In this document: positions 25,865 through 38,479 of the stretch, piece by piece
Position numbering within the stretch: the first letter of the stretch is position 1
Layout of the letters: each line of letters opens with the position of its first letter
The notes under the pieces: generated by a model
Told to the model about the DNA's origin: nothing
Database searches by the model: none
Seen by the model: the letters and a program-made list of their open reading frames with translations, nothing else
Origin: Octopus sinensis
Lineage: Eukaryota
NCBI RefSeq assembly: GCF_006345805.1
Contig: NC_043016.1
Coordinates: 5,022,001 to 5,086,000, forward strand
Reading direction: 5' to 3'
DNA length: 64,000 bases
Made by a program: the position numbers and the translations under genes

Positions 25865-26035
25865 ATTGACCAAATTTCGTCTGTCTTTTCGTTCTGAGTT
25901 CAAATTCCGCCGAGGTCGACTTAGTCTTTCGGGGTCGATTAAACAAGTACCAGTTACGCACCGAGGTCGATGTAATCGACTTAATCCCTTTGTTTGTCCT
26001 TGTTTGTCCCCTCTATGTTTGGCCCCTTGTGAGCA
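25865..26035 (+). mobile_element. SINE family C fragment
   Basis: gttctgagttcaaattccgccgaggtcgac..ggggtcgat..gtaccag..gtcgatgtaatcgacttaatcc. Related copies at 27850, about 49160, about 51655 and 61995. Confidence 0.75.
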
Positions 26036-26517
26036 AAAAAGAAATAAGATTGGCCAAAATTACCCTAAATTTGCAAACTTTAAAAGCTGTTAGCTCTATT
26101 AATTTATGGCGAAAATGAATTTCCTGTCAATGATTACCATACAGAATTACATCAATACATCAAATGTGAAATCAATTGGAATGAATATTGAAGAAATTGA
26201 AAAGTGGCAGCCAAACAGAAAAGACCCAGTTCTTTTCTTGAATATCTCATTTGTCCTTGTAGCAGGTGACAGTGATATGGTTTGTACTTACAATGCCACT
26301 GACTGTGCGATTGGCTATAGCGTATACAATTTCACCAGATATATACAAAATCATTAGCTCTCCTAAAGTATTCCCACCTTCCAAATTCTTAGTAGATATT
26401 TAGGCTGAAAGCTGTGAAATTCAATAACTGATCCTTCTGTTACCTCGACCTGGAGTAGTCCCTCTCTCTAAAATATTCCTTTCTTTCGTGATGGCAATTC
26501 CCTGAAGCTTGTCGTCA

Positions 26518-26689
26518 TAAGAGATGAGGAATTATGTGCATTATTTACATTATTTACATTTGACGGATCTTTGTCCTCATCTTGTTTGTTGTTAACACAA
26601 CATTTCAACTGATATACCCTCCAGCCGTCATCAGGTGTCTTGGGGGAAATTTCGAACCTGGGTTCTCATTCTTAAGGTATTTTCCGATG
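26518..26689 (-). mobile_element. SINE-H body with hammerhead motif at 26595-26638 (family H1)
   Basis: Minus strand: ACAC-CTGATGA-C-GGCTG-GAGGGTATAT-CAGTT-GAAA-TGTT-GTGT within the same body as 14880-15059. Confidence 0.8.
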
Positions 26690-26699
26690 TTATTATTTT

Positions 26700-27225
26700 A
26701 TGTTTGACTTTTGCTTTACTTTTGTACAAGTTGGCTCCAAGTCTCACCCAGAGACCTCAAGAGACAACGGGTTGGAAGTTCGTGTTGTTGTTATGCCGAG
26801 GGTGTCATATATTTGGTTTTGTACTAAGTGTTGTTCTAGTGAATGTTTAAGAAACCACAAGAAAAGTATGTTTGTTTTAAAACTTGAGATTACATAGAAA
26901 GTATTTTGCGTAGGATATGAGCAGTTCTCATGAGCACTATCTTTTGAATTTCTGCCATTTGGGAGATTTTCTGGAATCTGAGTGAGGTAGCAATCAGCTC
27001 CTTTTGCTATCATTCAGAGGGCACCTATGACAACAGGTATTGTTTTAGTCTTCAGGTTCCACATTTTGCTAATTTCTATTTCAAAATCTCTATACTTGCT
27101 CAGGTTTTGGTAGTCCTTGACAGATACATTTATATCGATTGGGACAGTCATATCAATGAGGAGGCATGTTCTTTGTTTGAAGTCTTTTACTATGATGTCT
27201 GACCTATTTGCATGTATCTTTCTGT
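26700..27225 (-). mobile_element. R4/Dong-like LINE 3' end (RLE domain), second subfamily
   Basis: Minus strand: DRKIHANRSDIIVKD..CLLIDMTVPID..KY..EIEISKMWNLKT..IPVVIGAL..EIQKIVLMRTAHILRKILSM*. Confidence 0.85.
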
Positions 27226-27226
27226 C

Positions 27227-27227
<1 letters not shown>

Positions 27228-27259
<32 letters not shown>

Positions 27260-27269
27260 AATAATAATA

Positions 27270-27323
<54 letters not shown>

Positions 27324-27400
27324 CATCGAAAAATATCTTAGGAATGAGAATCCAGTTGAGGACAAATATCCGTTGAATGTAAATAATGTAAATAATGCCC
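27228..27400 (+). repeat. (AAC)n(AAT)n tract followed by a SINE-H body lacking the hammerhead segment
   Basis: catcgaaaaatatcttaggaatgagaatccag joined directly to ttgaggacaaatatccg..gtaaataatgtaaataatg. Confidence 0.75.
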
Positions 27401-27849
27401 CTACACCATATCATTACGCACACACATTTCACCAAAGAGAATTTGGTTTACACTGACTCATTGCATTGAAATCTGGAACACCTCATGCCTGATTCATATT
27501 ATACAGAACACTGGTAAACGTCTTACTTTCAGCCCCTCTCCTTCTTAAATATAACTTCTCTTCTAATTGTCTAAAATTGTTCTATGTTTAATCTCTTACT
27601 TTTTTAATTTGCGTGTAGTCAAGGAATCTTTCAGTTTCTCCAGGATTCTTGTTTTTGAGTCTTACTAGCACTTACTCCGACGCCAAACATCACTAGTGAG
27701 TCTTGAATGTTATATTCCACACCGACGAACAAATTAGTATGGACAACATTCACACTGTTTCGTTTCCTGGTGAGGGTAAAGTCAACCTGGTTCACATGTT
27801 CGCCTAAGTAGTGGAAGAATGAAAATTTCCCGCAACTATATATATTTCT

Positions 27850-28047
27850 TTACTACCCACAAAGGGCTAAACACAGAGTGGGACAAACAAGGACAGACAA
27901 ACGGATTAAGTCGATTACATCGACTCCAGTGCGTAACTGGTACTTAATTTATCGACCCCGAAAGGATGAAAGGCAAAGTCGACCTCGGCGGAATTTGAAC
28001 CCAGAACGTAACGGCAGACGGAATAGGGCTTCGCATTTCGCCCGCAA
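27850..28047 (-). mobile_element. SINE family C
   Basis: Reverse complement of the 25865 family, including tail gtttagccctttgtggg. Confidence 0.8.
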
Positions 28048-29034
28048 CTATAAACATCTCCTCCATATATGTGGTAGTGGTGCAATGCATCTCTTAGAGT
28101 CACCATGATAACGACGAAGATTACTGAGATAGTCAATAAGAAGACTTCATATAAGTGGTTCTGATCAGGATACATAAGTGAGGATTACTATTACTGCCAT
28201 GTTTTCTATAAAGACTTATACTTACAGACAACGTAGCAACACCAAATATTCTATGAAATACCCTGGCTGTCTCAATTCTTTCTCAACTAAACATTCCCAA
28301 CTAATATTACGCCTCCTTTACCGGTTCCAATGATGTTACTTCCTTCAGAATAGGTACTGAGGGGAGTTTGGCTGAGGCTCCTCTCTATCACATCACTTTT
28401 TATTGAATATACTTCTTATCTCCAAGAAGCATCAGTAGATAGGTTTTCCCTGGTGTCAATCTTGAAAGTAGACAGACTGTTGGAGAATCTCAATTGATCT
28501 TAATGTCCATTGGCCCTGAAGATATTTTACTTTAAATATTCGAAATGCAAACTTATTTTATCCTATATTTTGTAATATTTTTATAGAATGTGAATTGAAA
28601 CAATTGTAGGCATTATCAAAAATGTTAATAAATTAACTCATGTCCATTTAATCTCTCCATTTTCTTACTTAATTATATATATATTATATATACCTATATA
28701 TATACGTGTGTATGTGTGTGTGTGTACACAGTCACATATATTTCTAACAAAACAGCAAGTTGCAAAATTTATGGGTATTTGATATTTATTCGCCATTACA
28801 CATGTTACATTTTTTAAAAGGAATTTCTGAATATTACACGTTAAAGAGTCCTATAAGGAAATTCTTAGAAGAAATTTTTCAGACAAAGAATTAAATAATA
28901 CATTGATACAACAACGAGAGCAACTGCATTAAAATAATGGAATATGCAAGTGTACTTCAAACGGAAACACCTGGGATTTTACCCTACTTACCTACATAAT
29001 ATATATATATATATATATATATATACTCACTCAT

Positions 29035-29067
<33 letters not shown>

Positions 29068-29109
29068 CACACACACACACACACATACATAATACATTGC
29101 AACTCCTCT

Positions 29110-31620
29110 CCCCATAAGGAGTTACCAACGAAATTTTCGTTCCAACAATCTACTAAACAACCATGCACAAGAAACTCGCACCACACGCAATAATTACCAA
29201 CGACGGCCCCCTAAAACACCACATCTGAACGTAGGATATTGAGACACACTTTTCGATACTGTTCCAAGAACCCCCACTATAAATCACCACAGGACACCAC
29301 GCAACAACAAGGAACGACTACATAATAGCTATCGTCCCAACCACCGCAATCATTTTTTTTAGACCCAATACGCAAACACAGAGACACAAGATAGCACCAA
29401 ACAAGCAGGAGGGACCAAAAGTGATAAAAATTCTCAATCTAACTCACAAAGAACTAACAGCAAACCAAATCAATATACTCACCAAGGGGCTCAAGTTTAC
29501 ACCCACCCCACAACGCCCCAACTACAATGAAATGAAAGAAGACATCGCGGAATTCTGTAGAAAATTACGACTCGCTGACAAATACAACGAGGACGAATCG
29601 TTGGTCCGAAATAGAAGTAACTAAACCCCCTCAAAATGTAAGAACAAAAACACTTGATTATTTCTGTAAACACATCTCGAATTCCCATATCATCATATGC
29701 ACAAACAAAAAACAAAACCAAACTTCAGCAAAAAAGAATGAGCTGGCTGAGCTGAACAAATGAAAGGTGATAAAACAATAACAATCAAAGAGACTGATAA
29801 AGACAGTGCAGTTGTCTTAATGGACACGGTATTCTATGTAACTCTAGTACTATCCATATCAGAAGACACAACATATTATGAAAAGGCCCAACACTACAGT
29901 CAGCGGAAAATAATGAGAGACCTAAAATCCATGTTAAACCTATACAAAGAAGGGCTCACCGACAAAGAATATGACTATATGACCAATTTCACAAGTAAAA
30001 CCAATCAATTCTACGGTATTCCCAAGATACACAAAAGTGAGAAAATAAGTAACGCATACAAGATAACCACAGACATAATAATCAAAATCCCTAATCCTAA
30101 TGACCTCAAATTGAGACCTACAATAGCAGGTCCCGCCTGCGAAACCCACCATCTCAGTAACTTTTTAGATACCCTCTTAAAACCATTCCACGAACATGTC
30201 AAAAGCTATATAAGGGACGACCTGGATATGCTCAATCACCTTCATGAAACAATAAACAAAAACACCCTACTAGTATCCTTCGATGTAGTCAACCTCTATT
30301 CCAATATCCCCCACAACCTAGGAATAGAGGCAATTCAATTCTGGCTGGAGAATTACGCCAACGAACTCCTACATCGCATCAAAATAGAATTCGTGATAGA
30401 AGGGCTAAAATTCATCTTGGAGAATAACTACTCCGTCTTCAAAGACAACTTCTATCGACAAAAATCGGGGACTGCGATGGGTATGAGAATGGCCCCGTCC
30501 TTTGCTAACCTAGTCATGGGATATCTAGAAATTAGTCCTTATCGTAAGGTTCTAGAACAATACGGCAGCCCTTCTCCCTCTACATATAAAATAACTGGAA
30601 GAGATACCTGGATGACTGTTTCATTCTTTGGCATGAAAGTATAGAGAGACTTAAAGAATTCCAAGCACTTTTAAATGGACTTGACGTAAACATCCAATTC
30701 ACGATGGAATATAGCCATCAACAACTTTCCTTCATCGACATCCTCATTAAGAAATCTAATAACGTAATAGAAACAGATATATGCTATAAGCCCACGGACT
30801 CCAAGCAATATTTACCGTTCAACTCATGCCAGACTGAATATCCACTTCAACCTAGCAAAAAGGATATGTACTATAGTTTCTAATGCAAACACCAGAGACA
30901 CACGACTACATGAAGAAAACGATACACTCATAACCAGGAACTACCCACCTTCACTAATAGACATATGCTTCCAACGTGCCCTTCAACTCAACATCCAGGA
31001 ACTCAGACATCCCAAATTAAAGAAGGATTTACAACCAAAAGCGCTACCATACATCTCCACACACAACCTTCTTTAAAATGATGCCTCAAAACATGCCCCT
31101 GCTAAAAAAGGACCCCAGAATGAACTCAACCCTCCAAACACACACCATCATAAAAAGCAAGAGACAACCCAAATCTATGAAAAGTCTTCTAACACAAGCC
31201 CGAATATACTCAACAACAACACAGAAGCCGTCAGTAAAAGAATGTGCAAGACCCAACTGTGGGATATGTATCAATTTAATTGGGGGATCAGAGTTCTCCT
31301 TCAAACAGGGACAACGTTTCACAGTGAAAAGCAGCTTCACGTATGCTTCAGAGAACCTGATATACGCACTAACCTACTCTGGGTGTCAAGAGCAATATAT
31401 AGGCCAAACAAAAACAATCTACGCCAAAGTATGTCTCTGCACTGATCCCAGATCAAAATTTCCCAAAACAGAAAAATAGCATTCAGTCAACACATCAACA
31501 AAAATCCAAGCTTCAGAATTTTTCCCCTCTACCAATCCAGGGACGATTCAACCTGTAGCCAACGAATTAGTAAAGTGACTTTCTTTATTACAAAATACAT
31601 GCCCTTTTGAATGCATCTAC
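29110..31620 (+). mobile_element. Penelope-like retroelement (probably Neptune-like): degenerate RT + Cys-rich linker + GIY-YIG
   Basis: NILTKGLKFTPTP; IKETDKDSAVVLMD; FYGIPKIHK; LRPTIAG; LVSFDVVNLYSNIP; GTAMGMRMAPSFANLVMGYLE; WKRYLDDCF (after frameshift); YKPTDSKQYL; CARPNCGIC; NLIYALT.SGCQEQYIGQT. Several stops and frameshifts. Confidence 0.9.
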
Positions 31621-32371
31621 AACAAACGACATATCCACCTCAGCCTTCGAATAACACAAATACACACGCAAATATTAAAAATGATGCACTTAAGAGATTC
31701 CCAAGAATTCATTTTAAAACAGTCCCAATAACTGCTATAATCCATAACAAACTACTTTTAGGTCACTTGACCATTTAACATCCTACCATATCATACTAGC
31801 TATCATACCAGCTGCATTCCCTTCTCATTCTCCCTTCTCTTTCTCCTTCTTCTTCTCCGTCTTCTTCCTTTCTGCCACCTCCTTCCTAACTTTACCACTA
31901 TTGCTGTTTAGAATAACACCTACGCAAATATTATAAACAATCATTCAAAAGAGATGTCTCAAGAATTCAATCACTACTACCATCCACAACAAGTCACTTT
32001 TAGGGCATTTGACCATTTAAGATCCTACTACTATCATGGCACTCCCGCATTCTTTTTCTCCTCCTCCTCCTCTTCCCCCTCCTCCTCCTCCTTCTTCTTC
32101 TTCTTCTTCTTCTCCTCCTCCTCCTTCTTCGTCTTCTTTTCTCTGCCAAGAATTCACAACGACCTCGAACCCACAGAGTAAACAGAAAGAGAGAAACAGG
32201 TAGAAACAAGGAAGATGTCCCTTGTATTTGAATACTATGCAAATATTCTTTTTAAAACTTTTCCTTTATTTTTTCCAAAATTTAATTGTTTTCCATACTT
32301 ACAGTTGAAAACCGGTACTGAAATGTTTTTTATAAAATTATTTTAGCATTTTCTACCATGACTTTTTTTCC

Positions 32372-32461
<90 letters not shown>

Positions 32462-32916
32462 ATACATATATAACATACACGCACATATACACACAAGCAT
32501 GAAATGAGAGAATAGTAATAGAATAAATTTATACTTTAAATCTTCATACACACAGAAGCATGGTGTCACACTTGAGGAGTTATGTCTGTAATAAACACGG
32601 CTAAAGAACAAAGTGTAGTGTTACATTCCACTCTGATGACCCTCATCTCAATTCTTAATTTAATTAATTCATTTAATTGTTATTGTTTTAACCATTTGAA
32701 TTATCTTATTTTTAAAAACTCACTTGGACCAAAAAAGCCATTGGACCAAATTAATTATATATATAATTAATGATATGAAATTAAAGAATATTTTTTACCT
32801 CAAATGTTAAAACTTTAAACTGATTTCCGCCATTAGAATGTTGTAAAAGCTGGGAGACTGACTTCAAGTACAATGATATCGGAAATGTCAAAGTTTGGCC
32901 CAAATTCACGTGTGCG

Positions 32917-32975
<59 letters not shown>

Positions 32976-33075
32976 TTATGCACGCATATACACAACATAC
33001 ACATATACATACATACATACATACATACATACATACATACATACATACATACATACATACATACATACATACATA

Positions 33076-33628
33076 CATGGTGGCTGCCTCCTCGTTATCA
33101 AGTATGGCCATTGCACGAAGCTTAATCAATGTTGTTTTCCTGTAATACCTGTGCAAGAAGATTTTTTAAAGTGAGGAAAGGCTGTGCACTGAGTCAATCC
33201 CACTCACTAAGCAACATCAGCCAAAATCTGAAAAGAAGAACAAGTCAACATCATCGGTAACCACTGAGCCGCAGGTTTTATGTCGGAGTTATCCCAGTTT
33301 CCTGAGTTACCTTCTCCTAGAAGGATGCCCTAACAAAGGCTAGGAGTCCTTCACTCCTAATGGTTTAACCGCGCGATCGGGTATCAGTCCGATTATTTCT
33401 ATGTCCCCACGCATGACACAGCCTTAAGACATTTATTGGATGGCCGTTGACTCTCAAGAGTTCCTCCGCCCTTTTACGGGTTTTGTTTTTCATCCCGCAG
33501 GGTGTCCAATAAACACCCTCCTCACCAAACAAGCTTGGTGGGGTTGCCGGTTTACTCACCGACGACCCGACCATGCAACAGGTTGTACTGAGTTACATGT
33601 TACCAGTAGCACTCGAAAGTGACCTGAC
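33076..33628 (-). mobile_element. Short non-autonomous RTE-derived element (RTE 5' UTR joined to an RTE-like 3' end)
   Basis: The minus-strand start gtcaggtcact..gtaacatg..cagtacaacctgttgcatggtcggg matches 19413-19500. It ends gcagccaccatg into (TATG)n, like the RTE end at 23272. Confidence 0.7.
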
Positions 33629-33864
33629 ATAAACATACATACATACATACATACGCACATAAATACATACATACATACATACATACATAAATACATACAT
33701 ACATACGCACATAAATACATACATACATACATACTACATAATACATACATACATACATACGCACATAAATACATAATACATACATACATATATACATACA
33801 TACATACATAACACACATACATATATTCTGTCAGTTATCTGAAATTTATTTCATATTGGTCTAG

Positions 33865-33927
<63 letters not shown>

Positions 33928-34429
33928 AATGAGCCCTTTTAAAGCCTAGCCAGGCTCATGAGCCCGGTTTCCCGGTTTCAATGGCGTATGTGTCCCCGTC
34001 CCCCAGCTGAACGGGGCGCCAATCCATCGCAGATTTACTCATTTTTATCAGCTGAGTGGACTGGAGCAACGTGAAATGAAGTGTTCCATTAATAAATAAA
34101 ATAATATATAAATATAAAAATATACATACATATATATGTATATATATTTGTATATGTATATTTAAAATTTATAAGTTTAAATTATTTAAATAATGTTTTA
34201 ATTTTTAACTTTTATATTTTTAAATTAATTTCATGTATTGGCTTATGTTTTTCACTGTTTGATTTGCCTAATAGTGGTTTTATCTCTAATTTAATATTAT
34301 ATATATATATATATATATAGGATAATATTGTAGTCACTTGAAGCATTGTATATTATTTGTAAAATATATGTGTCTTGAATGGTACAACAATGCACTATAA
34401 TACAAACAACGGACTAATAAAAGAACTGG

Positions 34430-34810
34430 TGTAATTTAGTCATCCATTGTCTGATATGATATTTCGGAATAATATTCCTTCTTCAGATATTCTTAGATGG
34501 AGTCGCTGCTATAATCGGTTACTTTCTCTTAGATGGGCAAAAATAGAGCTGAAAGGTCTCGTCACGCTGGACCCTTTGGGCTGTCTGAAAGTTGTTCTTC
34601 CTTTCTTTCAAAATAATAAAACAGATTATAGCAGCGACTCCATCTAAGAATATCCGAAGAAAGAATATTGTTACGAAATGTCATATTTCGGATATACTAA
34701 ATTACAACTGGTATGACTATGGATGACTAAATTACAACAGGTAATTGTCTATATATAGCCCATTGTCTATATTATAGTTGTTGCCCATCTAAGAGAAAGT
34801 AACTTTATAC
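34430..34810. mobile_element. Rearranged inverted duplication carrying two hammerhead-like motifs (family H5)
   Basis: 34454-34490 (minus) ATAT-CTGAAGA-A-GGAAT-ATT-ATTCC-GAAA-TATC-ATAT; 34650-34686 (plus) ATAT-CCGAAGA-A-AGAA..TTAC-GAAA-TGTC-ATAT. The arms share gattatagcagcgactccatctaag. Confidence 0.65.
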
Positions 34811-35139
34811 AAATCCTTCATCCTAATATCGACGGTGTCCGTGACACTTGTTGAACGAGACAAATACAAGTGTTAAGGATGAGTAGGACTAACACAGTAC
34901 AAAACAAGCCCAGTATAATAACATCCATCATTCATGTTATTCACTCCACCAAGATACCAACACCACCACCATCATACACTTTTCTTCGTGAGTTCAGAAA
35001 CAATAGAAACAGCCATAACGGGGCACAGGCAAGGAAATGCTATTAGAAGTCTACACATAAGTGTCCGAAGGCTAATTCCTATTTATAGATGTGTCTTACT
35101 GAACCTTCAAAGTGACGAAAGAGTTTAGTTACTCACGCA

Positions 35140-35191
<52 letters not shown>

Positions 35192-35330
35192 AGTGATGGA
35201 AAATTAAATCGAGCTTATAGATAAGGCACTTGCCCAATGTTTTGTACAGTAGACCGAACCTCATAAGTGTGTGTTGGGGTTAGGTGTGTGATGGGGGTAG
35301 GTGTGTGTGGGGGAGGGTAGGTGTTTGGAG

Positions 35331-35368
<38 letters not shown>

Positions 35369-35863
35369 TGGCCTTTGTGATAGGAACATAGTCTCGTTCT
35401 GCTCTTTCCTTATCGTGGTGGATGGCTTGCATGATCCAATCACTGGGATGGGCGATACCGTCAGGACTCTGGTACTTCAATAAGGACAACACCTGGCGGT
35501 GAGATTGAACTTGTGAACCCGGTCATAAACACGGCTAAACCTCATTCAAGTCTCCCAACGTTGGAACATGTGTATGTAGACCAGATTAATGGTAGTTATA
35601 AATAACGACTGAAATTGGGACGAATAAAATATCTGTCCGACTGACTAAAAAGATGCGACTCAAGATTAAACCTAAGTCAACAACAGTCGAGTGTAATTTC
35701 ATCATATGATGCTGCTTTTCTCATGTCTCAATCTCGTGTGTGCTGGCACATGCGTAGCGCTGCTTCTAAGTTACGTATTATACGTGCAGCCTCCTACAGA
35801 TGTACCAGCACACACGAGTCCGCTGCCCTAACCACTGGGCAATTGCGTCTCCACGGATATATA

Positions 35864-35921
<58 letters not shown>

Positions 35922-36009
35922 TATATATATATATAAAAATATTAGGGAATGAATCCAAAATTACAGGGAAAAATCAGATTTAGGGTTAAATCCAATTTAT
36001 AGTAAAATA

Positions 36010-36172
36010 TTATATAATATAATTCGAGACAAAACCACTATTTTAAAACCAAACAAGGAAAGACTTATCAATACATAAAATTTAATAAATTATATTAAAA
36101 TTTTATGTATTGATTAAGTCTTTCCTTGTTTGGTTTTAAAATAGTGGTTTTGTCTCGAATTATATTATATAT
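36010..36172. repeat. About 160-bp near-perfect AT-rich palindrome
   Basis: aattcgagacaaaaccactattttaaaaccaaacaaggaaagactt / aagtctttccttgtttggttttaaaatagtggttttgtctcgaatt. Confidence 0.9.
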
Positions 36173-36937
36173 AATATATATATATATATATAAGAGTTCA
36201 TGAGTCACATCCTGGCGAGTTAAAATCCACCGTACACAAGCTAATGCCATTGATTTTTCATTCTACATATGTACATGTGTATGCCTCTCAAACTAACAGT
36301 CTAAGCTAAATATCTATCTGGCAAATCGTCTGACGAAACTTTTAGGCATAAAAGCCGAAACAAACTAACATCTATCGTCTATTATAATACTTTGTTATTA
36401 TTCTAGGATTCTGTCTTTCTCCTGAATTAATTTCTTACGTCACAGCAAAGCACTAATAATTGTAACGGCTCAGTGCCCACATTTATGTACATACAAACCT
36501 TAATAAGTATAAAATGTCATAGAAGTGCTAACTAGCATGGATTCGCATTCATGCGTGTACAAAATACCGTCTGTACACGGTCTGTATACACAAAATATCA
36601 TACGCGTACGACCAGTAAGAAAGTAACTATCACGTATGTATTCAATACCAAATATACATCTTTACGAATATACACCAGTATCCCCCACCACCATTATCGA
36701 CGTCATTGCCTCTACCCCCCCCCATCATCTCCAGTGCCATTATTTCTTCTATCACTTCTAATACCACCACAAACAACAACATTAAATACAGACAAATATT
36801 TTTATTTCACAATTTTCTCATAAACCCACATCCTTTATCTGGAACGATGACTCTCTTAATATCTACCTTTGTTAAACGTTTGATATTCTAACTTATGCGC
36901 ACTCACATCCAACCACACACACACACACACATATGTA

Positions 36938-36970
<33 letters not shown>

Positions 36971-37097
36971 TGTATGTATGTATGTATGTATATGTAATGT
37001 ATGTATATAAAAGCATACATACATATATTGTGTGTATGATTTTATGTATGTATTATATGTAGATATATGTATACACACACACACACACTCACACACT

Positions 37098-37141
<44 letters not shown>

Positions 37142-37269
37142 CGTATGTACGTTTGTAAGCACGTATGTATTAATGTGTATGTGGCGAAGATGTGTGTGTG
37201 TGTGTGTGTGTGTGTGTATTGAAAAAGTACACAAAGGAAAGATAAAGAAATTTATTTATGGGAAAAGTG

Positions 37270-37690
37270 AAAAACACAGAACTGAGTATAGTGCACTGAC
37301 ATAGCTGGAAAGTTGTGGCAGCCGATTCATTGGGAAATGCGGCCTCCTGTCATCCTCTGAGAAGGGCCTCCTCGACTAAGTCCTGATATTTCGATTTCTT
37401 TACATGGTGTTTTTGCATTCCTGGTTGAAGTGGGAAGACAAATCTTCCCTTCAGGTCAAAAAACATCTCTCAGTCTGAGGCTGAATGCAAAAATAGAAAA
37501 CTAGTCCCTTATAATTGTTTTTCCCTTGGGAGCTTTTATACTGTTTGGTGGTGAGTATTGTTTATTAGTCTTGACCCTTTGCAGCTCAGATTACGTAGCA
37601 ATATTTGCAAAGATCTGGTCAGATCTCCACTCGCAACGGTGTTCTCCCAATAGCATCCACTCGAAATGTGTCTTGACAGGAAGTGTGTTG
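37270..37690 (-). mobile_element. Degenerate Hero/NeSL-like RLE LINE 3' fragment
   Basis: Minus-strand pieces EWRSDQIFANIA (cf. WRHDQVL), DLKGRFVFP and KKSKYQDLVEEALLRG*QEAAFP..IGC (cf. KY..LV..C...GW...PVEVGC). Confidence 0.5.
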
Positions 37691-38479
37691 ATGGGGTGTG
37701 CGACACAGGAAGTGTGTGACAGAGACAGACAACTGGAGAAAGAGTGACAAAGACAGAGAGAGAGAGAGAGAGAAAGACAGAGAACTGGAGAAAGAGAGAC
37801 AAAGATAGAGACTGTGTGTATGTCTGTCTTTGCGTTCTTTTTAACCGCCATCGACATCGGCCACAGTCACAAAATAGAAGCAAAAACCAAAATGGCATTT
37901 ATAAAAGTTCAAACAGTTCTTCTTTCAGTTCTTCTTTCATTATTATCTCTTCGGCGGTTTTGGGTGTTGATGGGGTGTGCGACACACAAAGTGTAAGAGA
38001 GACACAGACAGAGAGACACAGACAGAGAGACACAGACAGAGAAAAACACAGACAGAGAGACACAGACAGAGAGAGAAAGATGGAGACAGAGAAAAACACA
38101 GATACACAGAAACAGAAAGATACACTGTGTGTGTGTGTGTGTATACGTGTGTGCATGTGTGTGCGTGCGTTTTCTTTTACCCCATCAACACATTGATAGG
38201 GTATGCGAAACAGAGAGACAGACAGACAGACAGACAGAGAAAGAGAGAGAAATACTGTGTGAATGTGTTTCTTTTGACCCCCATCAACACACTCTTCAAC
38301 GATGTCAATTTGGTACAGCACCCAGGTCAAAATAAATAAATAAATAAGAAATAGAGACAGACACAGAATGAGAGACAGAGGCAAACAAAGACACACACAA
38401 AGAGAGACAGAGAAAGACAGTGTGTGTGTGTGTGTCTGTAACCCTATCAACGCGATTCCTGAGCAACGATGTCAGTTTG

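Noticed and set aside
26106-26357. Plus-strand ORF with a possible acceptor (gtagcag|GDSDMVCTYNATDC..*)
   Set aside because: No recognisable domain and no partner exons found; cannot be supported without transcripts.
28270-28520. Minus-strand segment DSPTVCLLSRLTPGKTYLLMLLG that superficially resembles a TIMP/NTR domain near an MMP
   Set aside because: In-frame stops on both sides. A neighbouring frame gives IIGTGK, which fits a decayed RLE-LINE C-terminus better.
36325-36365. CTGACGA..TTTTA-GGCA-TAAAAGCC-GAAAC partial hammerhead (similar partial motifs at about 40561-40605 minus, 40020-40040 minus and 48565-48600)
   Set aside because: Only part of the core or one stem is present, and stems I/III cannot be formed; at best heavily decayed copies.
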